DNA of 64,000 bases from Vitrella brassicaformis CCMP3155 (lineage: Eukaryota > Protista > Chromerida), in assembly GCA_001179505.1 (NCBI GenBank), contig CDMY01001045.1, positions 124,001 to 188,000 of the forward strand. The letters run 5' to 3'. The notes beneath the pieces are model-generated. The model did not search any database and was not told where the DNA came from. It saw only the letters and a list, made by a program, of their open reading frames with translations. Below are positions 37,001 through 48,907 of the stretch, in pieces; the first letter of the stretch is position 1; each line of letters starts with the position of its first letter. The position numbers were made by a program, and so were the translations under genes.

Positions 37001-39203
37001 TGTGTATGCGTGTGTGTGTATGTGTGTGCGTCAGTTCCCCCGGAGCATTTGCGTCGGTTCACTCATGTGCTGAGCAACAGCAACTTCGCCGAGCTGGAGC
37101 CGACGGCGGTGCTCTCGATGATGCTGGACAACTCGACGATGATGCAGTCGTTCCTCGAAATCAGCCGGCAGCCCTCCCTGCTGCAGTACTACACCGACCT
37201 CAAGGGCAACCTCGACAGACAAATACCACTCATCTACAGCCTGGTCACCCACCCAATGAGCACAATCGATCGATGCATCCCCCCTTGTCTCTATCCGTCT
37301 GTCTGTGTGTCTACAGAAAGCAGGGGAGAGCCACTGGTTCGGTGACTGGTTCGATGACCGCAAGACGGACAAGGTGGTGACGCCATTCATAGCAAGGGCC
37401 AGGGAATCCCCGGCCGGAGGGGCCTGCCAGGCAGGTGGCGTGTGTGGAGTGGTGGCCACCCATGGGGCACTGGCAGGGGCGGCATCATACTCATGCAGCC
37501 ACATACATGGGGCCATGACGCCCTGGTCGATGCCGTCTTCCACAAGGGGCAGGGCGGCACCATGAGCTACGCAGTCGGCCAGAAGTTCGCCGACTGGCAG
37601 CAGCGAGACAGCAGCGACACCGGGGCATCGTCGGATCACCGCATGTCGGACGACGGCAGGCCGCCCCCGCCATTCTTCCCGAAAGTGGATGTCTGCATCT
37701 GTGGCGACTGCACACGACACAGTAACAATGACAATGGTGATGGCTGGGCGAACGTGACAGTGGCGGGCGAGAGCGATGGCGACCAGGACGCCCAAGAGAA
37801 TGCGGAGTGGCACATCTGCCTCCGGACACACAATGTGCGACGGCTGGGGCTCAAACAATACTTCCCAGCACTGGTCCGTCCGTCTATAGAGGAGGGAGAC
37901 ACAGCCGGCCACACACACACACACACCGCTTTGCTTTGGTTTGGTCTCTTCCCTGCAGGTACTCAACGGCATTCTGACGCAGATGGGCGCACATCCGCTG
38001 ACAAGACGAATGGGACACTTGTGCTCTACAAGGATGAGCGGGGAGGCAAGCCGACCTTGCCAGCACAGACACAGCAGCGACAAGGCAAGTCTGGCGGGGA
38101 TCTTCTGTCATCATTCCGGGTGCACCTGCTCATTGACGGCCAGAGCGTTGCTCACGGTGTGCCCACTGACCAGTTGGGCCGCTTCACCCTTCCCTCACAC
38201 CACCTCTGCTGCACACGGAAGCCGCAGGGCGGGTCGCAGTGCTTGTGGCGGCTGTGCGGGGGAATGGAGTAAAGGGACGCCGAGAGAAGCGACCGGGACA
38301 GCATGCTGCTCAAGCAGCTCATTGCTAGAGGACCGCTGGCTATCGTGTATGGCACCGGCAAGGAGACGCCTCGCAAAGAGGCATCGGAGATCGGCGCTGG
38401 CTCCTCGTCGCAACAACAAGATGGGTCGACTTTTCATCGGACGGCCCTCACAATGGCCAACTCTTTCTATGAGAGAGGGAGGTGAGCAAATACGGCCTGC
38501 CTGCCTGCCTGCGTCTCTGCATTCATTCGGTGGGGTGTCTGTCGATGGATGGGCAGGTTAGGCGTGTTGGTGCTTGACGATCAGACGGCCCTCTCCCGCC
38601 TCCCTGATCTGCACCAGCAAGGATACAACTTCATTCTGCTAGGCCACCCACGGGTCAACGCCCTCACGCAGCGAATCCACCCCGTCTCCACGATCGCAGC
38701 CGCCCAAGTTCTCTGACGATGGCTCCATCCAAATCGGTGACAAACAGTTCAGCTCACCCGGCATGGGCATATACGCGTCAGAAAGAGTCGACCTGGACAG
38801 AGTGCTTGCCACCGGCCGCCCGTCAGCCTACATAGAAGGAGAGGGCCATTTCCACTCCTATCATCATCAGTCGGGCAGGAGACGGCGAGTGGGTGACATC
38901 ACTAGCACAAGTGGTGAGTTGAGGGTGAATGAGGGTTGGTGCGGCAGGTATTGCCGGCCGCGTGGGAGTTTGTTCATTATGGGTGCCGGCACCGACAGTG
39001 AGGGCACCCAGCGGCTGACCGGGGCTCTGCCCTACCAGCATGTGCGAGTCATGCCCGACTGGGGCATAGCTGGGGGACAGTGGGGCAGTGGCAATGCCAC
39101 ACAGGCCTACCGATACAGCAGCTACAGCCAGGGCGGCCTCACGTATTTTGGCTTCTGGGGACCCACATGGAACTACGACGAGACAGCCAGTGTGATGGAC
39201 TGA
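34009..39203 (+). CDS. Large secreted alpha/beta-hydrolase (peptidase S9/esterase-like); frame break near 38684-38700
   Basis: Signal peptide MCVLFLYLLVVLFIHVTRTA. Nucleophile elbow ITGHSMGGHG, candidate Asp in GEKDDNVPPEH and His in ESHWF. Stop at 39203. Confidence 0.75.
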
Positions 39204-39299
39204 CTGACTGACTGATTGTGGGTGGCTGGACGGGTGGTTCATATTCACTCGTGGGTACATATGTGTATATATGTGTGTATACATGTGGTGTGTTGAGTG

Positions 39300-39948
39300 A
39301 CTGACGAGTGAGAGGGACACGCTGCATGAGCGACATGACAGACAGTCGGTGATCTGATCGAGGGACTATTGATTCGATCGAATGATATCGACCATTGACA
39401 GTTAACTTACTTCCCAGCAGGAAAGGCACACCACACCGGGTCTTCCATCCATCCATCCATCCATCCCTCCCTCCATCCATCCATACGTCTCTCTGTCTGC
39501 ACACAACATACAGCCCCACCCCTCCACTCCACTCCCCTCCCTCGCTCAGACACACACGCACACAACCAGGTGCCGTCGGTCCACCATTGTAGAGTCGGAC
39601 AGCAGCCAGGCAATGACTGACTGGTCATCGGTGCCACCAGAAAGGGCGAACACAGGAACAACCAATGGTCCCTCTCTCTGTGTATTGACAGTGGCGTCGC
39701 GTGCACACCTCATCCCATCCCCCAGCCAGTAGAGAGAATGTAATGAGAGTGTGAAAAGACGCTGCTGTAGGCATGTGTGTGAGCCGCTCGGCGGGCAGAG
39801 AGGAGAAATGCGTTGGTTGTGCGTGGTTGGCAGGCAGACAGGCATGTGTGTGCGGAGAGGTAGAAGCCACATGTATGTGCCGTTGCACACATACAGCCAC
39901 ACACACACACACACACACACATTCTGTATGCTCATCCTGTCACACACA

Positions 39949-39980
<32 letters not shown>

Positions 39981-40420
39981 TGTGTAGGCGCACCGTTCAC
40001 TCACCACGCGTGTCTGTCAACAAACTTCCAGCGAACTCCCTAGTGGAGAGAAAAACGAATTGCTTCGGGCTAGCTACTTACCGCCATATACCTACCGTGG
40101 CCGCCGTGCCAACCTGCCTCTCCAATGGCACATAACACGAACACCAGAAGCTTGTCTCAACCAATACTAATACATGATTGCACCATACATGGCCTGTCTA
40201 CCTCTCTGTCCCTCTGTCTAGACCACCGATGGATGACTCACGGCAACAAGTGGGTGGACGTGAGCCACACACATGCGCACATGAGTTAGGTCAAGCCTAC
40301 CTAGGACGGCAGGCTGGCAGGCAGTCAGTCAGGCAGGCAGCAGGCACCTCATGCGCTGTCTTGTCTTCGGTGAGCAGCGGCCGAGGCGAGACGCCTGCCT
40401 TGCCCCCCCACCTTCCCACC
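39300..40420 (-). CDS. Possible small multi-exon gene, product unknown
   Basis: Several short GT-AG-bounded segments between microsatellite-rich introns (e.g. REGPLVVPVFALSGGTDDQSVIAWLLSDSTMVDRRHL). No start/stop model established. Confidence 0.25.
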
Positions 40421-41222
40421 TCTACAGTGATATACAGAGACGTGTACATAAACCTGCTGCAAATGTAATGTACCTACACGCATGCCATGCCATGCCATGC
40501 CCTGCACACAATTAGGAAACAGGCAGATAGAGACATACATACACACACCCATGCATGATACGCACCACCTCGCGTACTAAACGGGGAGAGGGAGGAGGAG
40601 GAGGAGGAGGAGGGAAAAGGAAAAGGGCGTGGACACACATATCACACAAACACATGGTGTCACGTCACACACCCCATGCACAAGAGACACCGACCGATAG
40701 ATACCTGTGCTCGTATTGGGTCGGTCAGGGAGACAGACAGGGGAGAACGGGGAAATGAACAAATGCACACAGACGAACGGGCAGGAAGGAAGATATGATG
40801 AAGACAGGCAGACAGCATACAACAGGACAGGCACGAACCACAAATGAGAGAGGCGAAAGGTATGTGTGAACGTCAGTCAGTCACCGAACAACAGCGAGTC
40901 GAGCCAGTGACCTGCGACGAGAGTACGCACCGCACCTACCTGGGTGTGGTGTGCACTCACTTACACCACACCACAGCACACCACACCTGACGGACCCACG
41001 ACACCATGCCATGCACACGCACAAACAAGCAATGTATCACACACCTATCGTGCACACGAACGAAGAGAGACAGTGAGTAAGTTAGTAGGAACGACCTCTC
41101 CGCCACATATCCATGACATACATACATACCTACATCACCATATATACCACACTGACTACCCTAGCTTGGCTACCCTCACTACACAAATGTATCAATCGCA
41201 CCATTGATTGCCCCTTCTCCCT

Positions 41223-43916
41223 TCACACGAATGTCAGGTCCAGCTGTGGCGGGGCGGGCATGTCAACAAACCACTCCTTGCTGTGGTCGCTGCCCGCCCC
41301 CGCCCCCGCCCACGATATCGTGCAGGGGAGGGATACCGGGCCCTCGGTGGTGAGCTTGGCGTGGTAGAATGACAGCATGCTGCTGCTGACTGGAGGCGCG
41401 AACACAGCCAGGGGCAGAAGGTTGATGTCACCCTCGCCGCTCACAGCCCCCCGGACACAAGAGGGCTCATCCACCACCTGTGCAGCGCATGGCATTGCGT
41501 CGACACGCACACAAATGCATCTGTCCATCCACCCATTCTTCGTGTGGGTGCTTCGTCTCTCTCCCCTTGTCCATGTGTGAGACCCACCTCACCTGTTGCT
41601 GCTGCTCCTGTTGCTGCTGTGGTTGTTGTCTTGTGTTGTACGTGTAGGGCACAGCGTGTGGCGGCACGCTGTACTGGCGATGCTGCACCACCAGCCGAGA
41701 CCTGCTGCTGCTGCCATCCACCAAACCCTCCCCAGCACCGAAGCCCTCACTGCTGGGGGAGCTGGTCGTGGTGGTGCTGCTGGCGGCCTCTGTGTCGTCA
41801 GCGTCGGTGCCGCCACACACAGGGGAGAGGGAATGGGGCACGGAGAAGGGTGGCGGGGTGGACGACCGGCTCCGAGAGAGGGGTGGAGGCTGATGGACGG
41901 CCTGATGGTTGACAGACGGACGATAGGCAGACAGACAGCAGAGCAGAGAAAGAGAGACGCACATTAATGAAGTCGTGCATGCGATGCTCGCTGGGTGTGT
42001 TGTTTGGTAAACCATCCGTGTGCGTACGTTACGTACGTTGGCTTTGTCGTGTGTGCCGTAGAGGAGCCCGTCGCCGTAGAAGAGGCGACAGAAGCACTTG
42101 AAGGGGGCCACTGCCAACAACTTGCTCATCTGACAGACAGATGGAACACACACACACACACAGACAGACAGACGGAGCGCACGCACACATGGGTGGGCAC
42201 ACGTCGGTAGACAGACGTTCGATTCATTCGCCGCACCTGAGCATAGCCGAACGCCTGATGGTCTAACACAAAGTTGTGCCTGCACACGGACACGTTCACA
42301 CACAGAGAGAATCAGGCATGCCGCTCCCTCCCCCCCTCCCTCTCCGTTCTCTCCAATCCTTGCTCACTCCTTGCGCAGTTTTTCCCTCAGCTGACACAGC
42401 AAGATGCCCTTGGGGTGCTCAGCCAGCATCTCCTCCAGCACGCTGGCCGCATGCAGCAGCTTGGGCGTCGGCACACACTCAGCCTGGCAGGATACACCGC
42501 CATTGCCACCACCACAATCGTCAGCGCCAGCAGCGGCCATGAGAGGGAACGCCGCGCGTGTGGGTCCGTGAGCAGCCGCAGTTGGCTTCAGAATGCTGTT
42601 CGTCAGTCAACACCACAGAACACACAGAAATGTTGCTTGCAGCCATCGATGCAGGCCTGTGGGAATGTATCCTCTGTTGTGTGTCACGCCGTGTGGGTCA
42701 GTCAGTTGACTTACTTGTCTTCGTAAGTGAGGATGCCCTTCTTGATGGCCTGCTGCGTCAGTCTGCAGACGTGCCCCAGCGTCATCGGCCGCCCGTACAG
42801 CACACCCATGTCGCCCAGGCAGGGCATGTGCTGCCGCACCAGCCTCTGCAGCAAGACCCACGCCTCGCCCGCACCCACCCCGGACGGCGGCTCGCACTTG
42901 CCATTGCTAGTGCCTTTGCCACTGCCCTTGCCCCTGGTGCTGTTTGCTGCAAACAGCGCCATGATCTCATAGCCAGTGCCGTAACGGCCCCCCTGACAGA
43001 CACAACCAACACACAGAGAAGGGGATAGAGGTGGATGGGATGGATGGGCGTCAGTCATATGTCTGTAGGTGTGTCGGTATGCATACGCCCACTAAGTTAC
43101 TTTGTATTCGTAAAGGTGCAGGTCGGCGACGGGGTGGCGTGTGATGGCAGCGTACGGTGTGGTCATGAGTGCGGTGAAGAAGCCGATCAGCTGCTGCCAC
43201 ACCACGGCAGGGTACTCGTAATCGGCACGTGGGTCCACAAAACCCTCAAAACCTGCAGATAACGACAGACAGGCATACACAACGCCTTCGCTCCCTGTGT
43301 GTCATGTGTGCAGGCTTGTGTCGGTGCTTGCATCACCTTGTGGTGGTTCAAGGAGGTAGACGACAGCCTGTCCATTCTTGTCGCCGCGCCTGACGCTGTA
43401 GACGCCCCTGAAGAGGGAGTAGGCCTGACACAACCAACACACAGAGCCAGAGAGGTGGATGGATGGGCGTCAGTCATATGTCTGTATGTGCACCATGATG
43501 ATCCTCCGCTCCAGGTAGGGCGGCACCTGCAGGCCCCGATGCTGGTACGCCTCCCTCACACGGCGACACACCTCGCTCTCGCCGGGCGGCGTCTCGTCCG
43601 CGTACATGCCGTTGACTGCTTCGAGAAGCAGCTGAAGCAAAGACAGACAGACAGACACCCGTACACACACACAGCTGCGTGGACACTGACCGGTGAGAAG
43701 TGGTGTTTGTTGGCTTACGCCCATGTCGAAGAGTGTGAGTTGTGCGCGCAGCAGCTCCCTCTCTATGGCCTGCCCTCGCCGCACAGGGAGCCCCGACACA
43801 TGATCTGACAAAAGACCAAAACAGACGGCTGCAGGTCTGGCAGCTTTCTGTTCTGTTGTCTTACCCAGGCAAGAGGCAGCAGGCCTCTGACGCATTGCAA
43901 GGCCCCTACTCGTCAT
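41223..43916 (-). CDS. OST-HTH/LOTUS-associated (OHA-like) RNA-binding-type protein
   Basis: LLEAVNGMYADETPPGESEVCRRVRE, GFVDPRADYEYPAVVWQQL, GGRYG...MTLGHVCRLTQQAIKKGILTYE (OHA-like), and LEEMLAEHPKGILLCQLREK...MSKLLAVAPF (LOTUS-like winged helix). Confidence 0.65.
42993..43485 (-). repeat. Two introns of one gene sharing a ~60-70 nt near-identical 3' portion (42993-43066 and 43425-43485)
   Basis: On the - strand both read acagacatatgactgacgcccatccatcc...tctgtgtgttggttgtgtc(tgtc)ag. Confidence 0.8.
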
Positions 43917-44448
43917 CTTCTCCTCTCCACCTCCCTGGCAGACAGCAGATACCCTAATGCGTTGCTTCCTTGTTGCCATCTCACATGGATTGTGTTTGGT
44001 GACACGTACGTGATTCAATCAACTGTCGATGCTCATCCCCCGCACTTTCAACATCTGTCGTGGCTCGCATCCATTCTGAGCTCGCAGACTCTGTTTACAA
44101 CCGCTGTTGTTTACAAGCGGACGGCCGTGGATTTCGGTCTGGAGGCGTCGTGAGTGTGTTCCTTGGTTTCCTCTGTGCATGTGGAGCGTGCGTGGGTGAT
44201 TCCTGTTGCGTGAAGTTCGTTTGATTGTGCGTGAAAGACACCGGACTAGGGGCCCACTTACTCTCTGTTTGTGCTTGTGTGTATGACCTGTGTGCTGTTT
44301 CTGTTGATGGCTGACTGGATGGCAGGACGAGTATTTCGGGAAAGGAGACGCCTGAAAAGTGGCGGGCGTCTGTCTCTTTGCACAAACGACAAGACAGGTG
44401 GACTGAAAATAGTGTCAATATCCGTGTCTCTGTGCTCCCTGTCTTGCA

Positions 44449-44865
44449 TTATGTCGTGGCCTCCCTGATGAGCACGTGCTGATGACCGGTGACCTGCGCC
44501 GTCTGTTTATGGCTGGCGAGTGGCGGGAGGTACATAAGGGCAGGCATAGCCTTCACGCGCGGCCGTCCTGCGGCGGGTCTTACTGGCGGTGAGGCCCCGG
44601 GGCTGTTCGGGCCGAAGGACACAGAAGGGCGGGCGGCAGCGCTGCGTACGACATAAGGCGGCATGTGGTGGGGAGGCGGGCCAGCAGAGCAGCTACTACT
44701 GGGCCGGGGACGTCCCCGGCAAGATGGATGGATGCCCACACCAGAAAGGGCCGGGACGACCAAATTTGCAGGACTCATAAAGGTCTGCGCTTTTGGTGCT
44801 GGGTCTGTCGAGACAATTGGTTGGTGTGCTAATGTGTGCGTGATTGATTGGCCGATGGATGGCAT
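44449..44865 (-). CDS. Possible Pro/Ser-rich hypothetical protein
   Basis: Single ORF from ATG 44865 with no recognisable domain. Could be non-coding. Confidence 0.2.
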   Translation of the reverse strand: MPSIGQSITHTLAHQPIVSTDPAPKAQTFMSPANLVVPALSGVGIHPSCRGRPRPSSSCSAGPPPHHMPPYVVRSAAARPSVSFGPNSPGASPPVRPAAGRPRVKAMPALMYLPPLASHKQTAQVTGHQHVLIREATT

Positions 44866-45232
44866 GAGCGTGTGTTGCTCGATATATACTTGCTGGACGA
44901 ACGGACCGGTGGCAGTGTGCACCAACCATCATTGATTACGCAGTGACTTGGTCAATGACAATCCATCGATGGGTCATTGCATTGACTGCCCACGCACGCC
45001 AGCAGGATAGGGAGGGAGGCTCGTGGCACGCTGCATGTAGTTCTGTGGGTGAATACGTCTGTGTGTCACACAGTGTGTATCTGCGTCCACTCAGGAACAT
45101 CCATTCGGACACGCACTCCCGTCATGCATTCATGCAGCCGTGTTACCTACAAAAAACAACTAAAAGGTTGTGCATTTCACTTACGTTGTATGGGGCGCGG
45201 TCACAAAGTCACCTGCTCTCACAGACACATTT

Positions 45233-45263
<31 letters not shown>

Positions 45264-45312
45264 TAGCATAAGCGCAGAAATCAATGGAGACACATCAATG
45301 CTACTTACATAC

Positions 45313-46356
45313 TTATCGTGCTCGGCAGCAGAGGTAGACGCCAAAGGCAATGGCCCCGGCCGACAGCATTACGCCACCACCGATCAGCAGCCACGTGTAC
45401 TTGTGCCAGAAAGACGTCTCGGCGTTCTTGTCTGCCTGTTTCTTGGCCTGGGCGTTCAAGATGTGTTCCAGTGGGAGCTTCCGACAGCACTTGCAGCTCT
45501 TCGCCAGAGCATCTCGCGTGTAGGCTGCAGGGCGGGTTTCCCCCGTGGCGTCGTCTCCGATCCTGTACCTTCCATAGCGGGTGAGCGTGCTGTCAATTTC
45601 GTCGAGAATCGGTTTTCTGCACTCCTGCAAATGGGCTTCGTTGAGACTGGATGGAGGCAGGCATGAAAGTGACAAGAAGACACACACGTACAACAAATCC
45701 TATCATGTACCACAGGCACGGCTGGCTCACTGGCGAGGGATGCCAGCCTCCGAGTCCCTTCATGACGTCAGTGGTGATCGTGCATTCTTTGCCTCCCTTG
45801 CAGGCCTCATTCGGATCGCAGTGATTTGCTGTCGCACCAGCACAAACACACACACACACACACACACAACACACACATCAGATGTTGGCAGGACTCAGGA
45901 GACACTCAACAGCATTCGTAATGTGTCGGGTCGAAGGCTTCGGTGGCTTCGGCCTCAAGCAGGGCGGCGGGTTCGAGCTTGCTAGAGTGGCGAGGCAAAC
46001 GATGACGGCCCGCTCCAACTGTGTTTACTCCATGTACACACACACATAGCCGGCAATATATACTGATAGCGCTGTCTCCCGCTACGTCGTTTCGTTCCTT
46101 ACCGATGGCCTCGAGGGCCCCTGAGCGGGTCATCGGGTGCTGTTGTCGGCTGTCACGGGTGCTGCTGTCGGCAAAGGCCGTCTGCTGTGCTGCAGCATCC
46201 ATGATAGCAGCAGCAGCAGCAGCAGCAGCAGAGCGTCAGACAGCAGACGGCAGACGGCATGCGGATGGAGCGCAGCGCCTGCGTACCCCGCCAGTTGCCG
46301 GTGTGCGCGGCGGCACAGAAGCTTATGAGTAGGACCGAGGCGATTACTGGCATCAT
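45313..46356 (-). CDS. Small Cys-rich type I membrane/surface protein
   Basis: Signal peptide MMPVIASVLLISFCAAAHTG. Spliced ectodomain ...THYECSNHCDPNEACKGGKEC...QPCLCLNEAHLQEC...KSCKCC, then a C-terminal TM WLLIGGGVMLSAGAIAFGVYLCC and stop. Confidence 0.65.
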
Positions 46357-47230
46357 ATTGAACTCGGTCGGCTGATTCACTCTGCCCCACCTGGCAGTTT
46401 ACGGTGGCTTCGTCTACTTCGTGCTGTTGACGTGGGCGTGTGAACCTGGGCCGGATAAATGAGACACGGATAAACTCTTCGATTTTGAACTCTCCCTGGG
46501 GGCTGGTGGGGCCCCCCGCGTCTCCCCAGCGTGCGGTGCTAGAAACTCCTAGGCCTGCTCTTGTGATCGGTGGATGGGATGAGGGCCCCTGCCTTTGCTT
46601 GCAGCGAAATGATATGTTCTGTTGGTGAGTTAATCTGTGCAGGGAAGCGGCGCCGAAGGATGGTTCTCCGGCTTTTTGCAGCTTTCTCCCTTTCCGTCGT
46701 GGTCCAATGTGAAGCGGCGGTGGACCAATGGACGGATGACGGCGCGAACAACTGCAAAGGGACAGGGTGGCTGCCGCTTTAGTGATGTCTCCCTCCGTTT
46801 GTACCGACCACATCTTGTCATCTCGTCTGTTCTTTGAAAATGTGCGAAGATTGAAAACGTGCAGCGGGAGACAGCGAAGCATTTGAGAAAACGCCACACA
46901 CGCCGCCACGGATATGTTCGTCTTATGCATTCATGGGATTGATGAAAGTCATCCATCAGCAGAGAGCACACTAAGCTGCTCATAGAAGGCGACCATTCAG
47001 GCACACACGACTCGAGACTACACGCTCCGTCTTCCCTGTGAATAAACACTCACACAGGGCGTCCCAGCCAGATACTATCTGGCAAGCAGACCGTCACCTT
47101 GAGGGACAGGCAGGCAAGACAAGGCCAAGCTACTTCGTCCAGTACACCAGCCTGCCTGGCTCCTGCCGTACACACACAGACCAGCATCCCGCCAGCACCA
47201 GTCCAACAGACAGATAGGCGCGCACGTCCC

Positions 47231-48484
47231 CTATCCGCCCGCCCCTAGGTCGTCAACAACTGCTGCGTGCTTGTCTCCTCGTCCTCTGATTAGCATTTCA
47301 GGCTCTCTGAGCTGGCTATCGTCCGATACTCTCAACAAGAGGCTCATACGGCAGGAAGGTCCGGCTCGCGATTGGAGTGGAACGTCCAGGGCAAACTTTT
47401 GCATTTTCCAAGCATCGGAAAATGGAGCGTATATCTCACCACTCATGTGAAGGGAAGGATCTACCTCCAACTGAACGCAGGAGCGCAGCAGGGATGGCAT
47501 GATACCAACACCTGTTCGCCAACGTACCTCTGTGATTGATGCATATGTGACGCCCCATCGCGGGAACTGCACTCCAGGGGCGAGGCAACGTGTTAGGTTA
47601 CACACATTGCAGTTGTGGGCCACGAGCAGCACTGTGTCATCCGGGTGGGCAGCCAGGATGGCCCTCATCACCTACAGGCAAAGAATGTATACAACCGGAG
47701 ACCACACAGATATACGTTTGCTCGCTCTCTCGTGCATGCCCACCTTCTGGCACCTCATGTAGAAGGCTTCATCCTGAACATACATACGACGTTATGCGCA
47801 AATACGAATGATTGCACATCATCACTACCTGTGGCTGTACTGCTGACCCACCTCACCGTTTCTGGGAATGCGGGCACGTCCGTCTTGGTTTTGTGCTGAG
47901 GATCGATAAGCGGCAGGGTCTTGATGAGCTGCGATGGGGCCAACATCTTGGGCATGGGGTCACCGCCACCCTCAGCAGCTGACCTGAAGACGTTTGATGC
48001 AATTGATGCAAACAGACGGGTCGGAACACAGGCCATGATTGACGTGTCGTTCCCACCGTTGTGTTCTCTACGTACCTTTGTGCGAGTCCCGGTTCGATGC
48101 AGACGCGCACTGTGCCGCCCAGAGCTGTTGCCGCGCTGTGCGCAGTGCACACGCAACGGATGTAGGGAGAGCTGTAGATCACAGAGATACCTGCAGCAAT
48201 ATATGAGAAAAGCAAGAATGCCTGCTTCATGCCTGAATATACATACACACATGTCTTCCTTACCCTTGCCCCGCAGCGCCATTCCCATTTCGTAGGCCTA
48301 CACCAAGCACACACACAGACAGGAAGAGCGACGTTGCCCTGAGAGCCATCCGCCTCTTGTTCATTTTACGCAGTACCTGTCGGTGGCCACGTGCAGTGAG
48401 CAAGATATCTTCGGGCACAGCAGACGTGGTCGGCTCGACGTGGTCGATGCGCTCGCCGTGACGGCAGAGGAAAAGGCGAGGCAT
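47231..48484 (-). CDS. Histidine phosphatase superfamily (phosphoglycerate mutase-like) protein
   Basis: LFLCRHGERID, LTARGHRQA, IYSSPYIRCVCTA, IEPGLA, TVLLVAH. Confidence 0.9.
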
Positions 48485-48907
48485 GGTCCAACCCAATGCC
48501 AGGTCCACAAACGAGCGCTAACGGCCACGATTCGGAAGCCATCCGGCCTGCCTCCGTTTCTTCCGTATGCGATGATGTCTTGCGCCAGCTGCTTGATCTC
48601 GCCGTCAGCCCGGGGCGTGGCCATCTTGATGGACTCGTGCAGCACATCCGTGAGGCCGGCCGCCGTCAGCACCAAATCTCAGGTCATGCAGGTGCGATAG
48701 CGAAAACGACCCATCGACGGCCTCACCATCTTCTCCCTTTCGTTTCTTGGGCCGCCTGGTGCTCCTGCTCACAAAGGCGTAATCATACTGCGTGTGTGTG
48801 CTTGTCTGGCTGTCCGTGTGGGTGTCGGCGAAAATGCGAGCTTGTAGTGGATCGCGTTCATCCGGCAGACTCTGCCTGGCGTTGCGCTATACTTGAGCCC
48901 AGACAAA

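Noticed and set aside
46400-46930. Long minus-strand ORF 46130-46930
   Set aside because: No domain signal or coherent splice model. May be 5' UTR or upstream exons of the Cys-rich gene.
48510-48675. Protein-like ORF piece (LTDVLHESIKMATPRADGEIKQLAQDIIAYG) upstream of the histidine phosphatase
   Set aside because: Out of frame with the phosphatase and no family recognised; cannot be supported as a feature.
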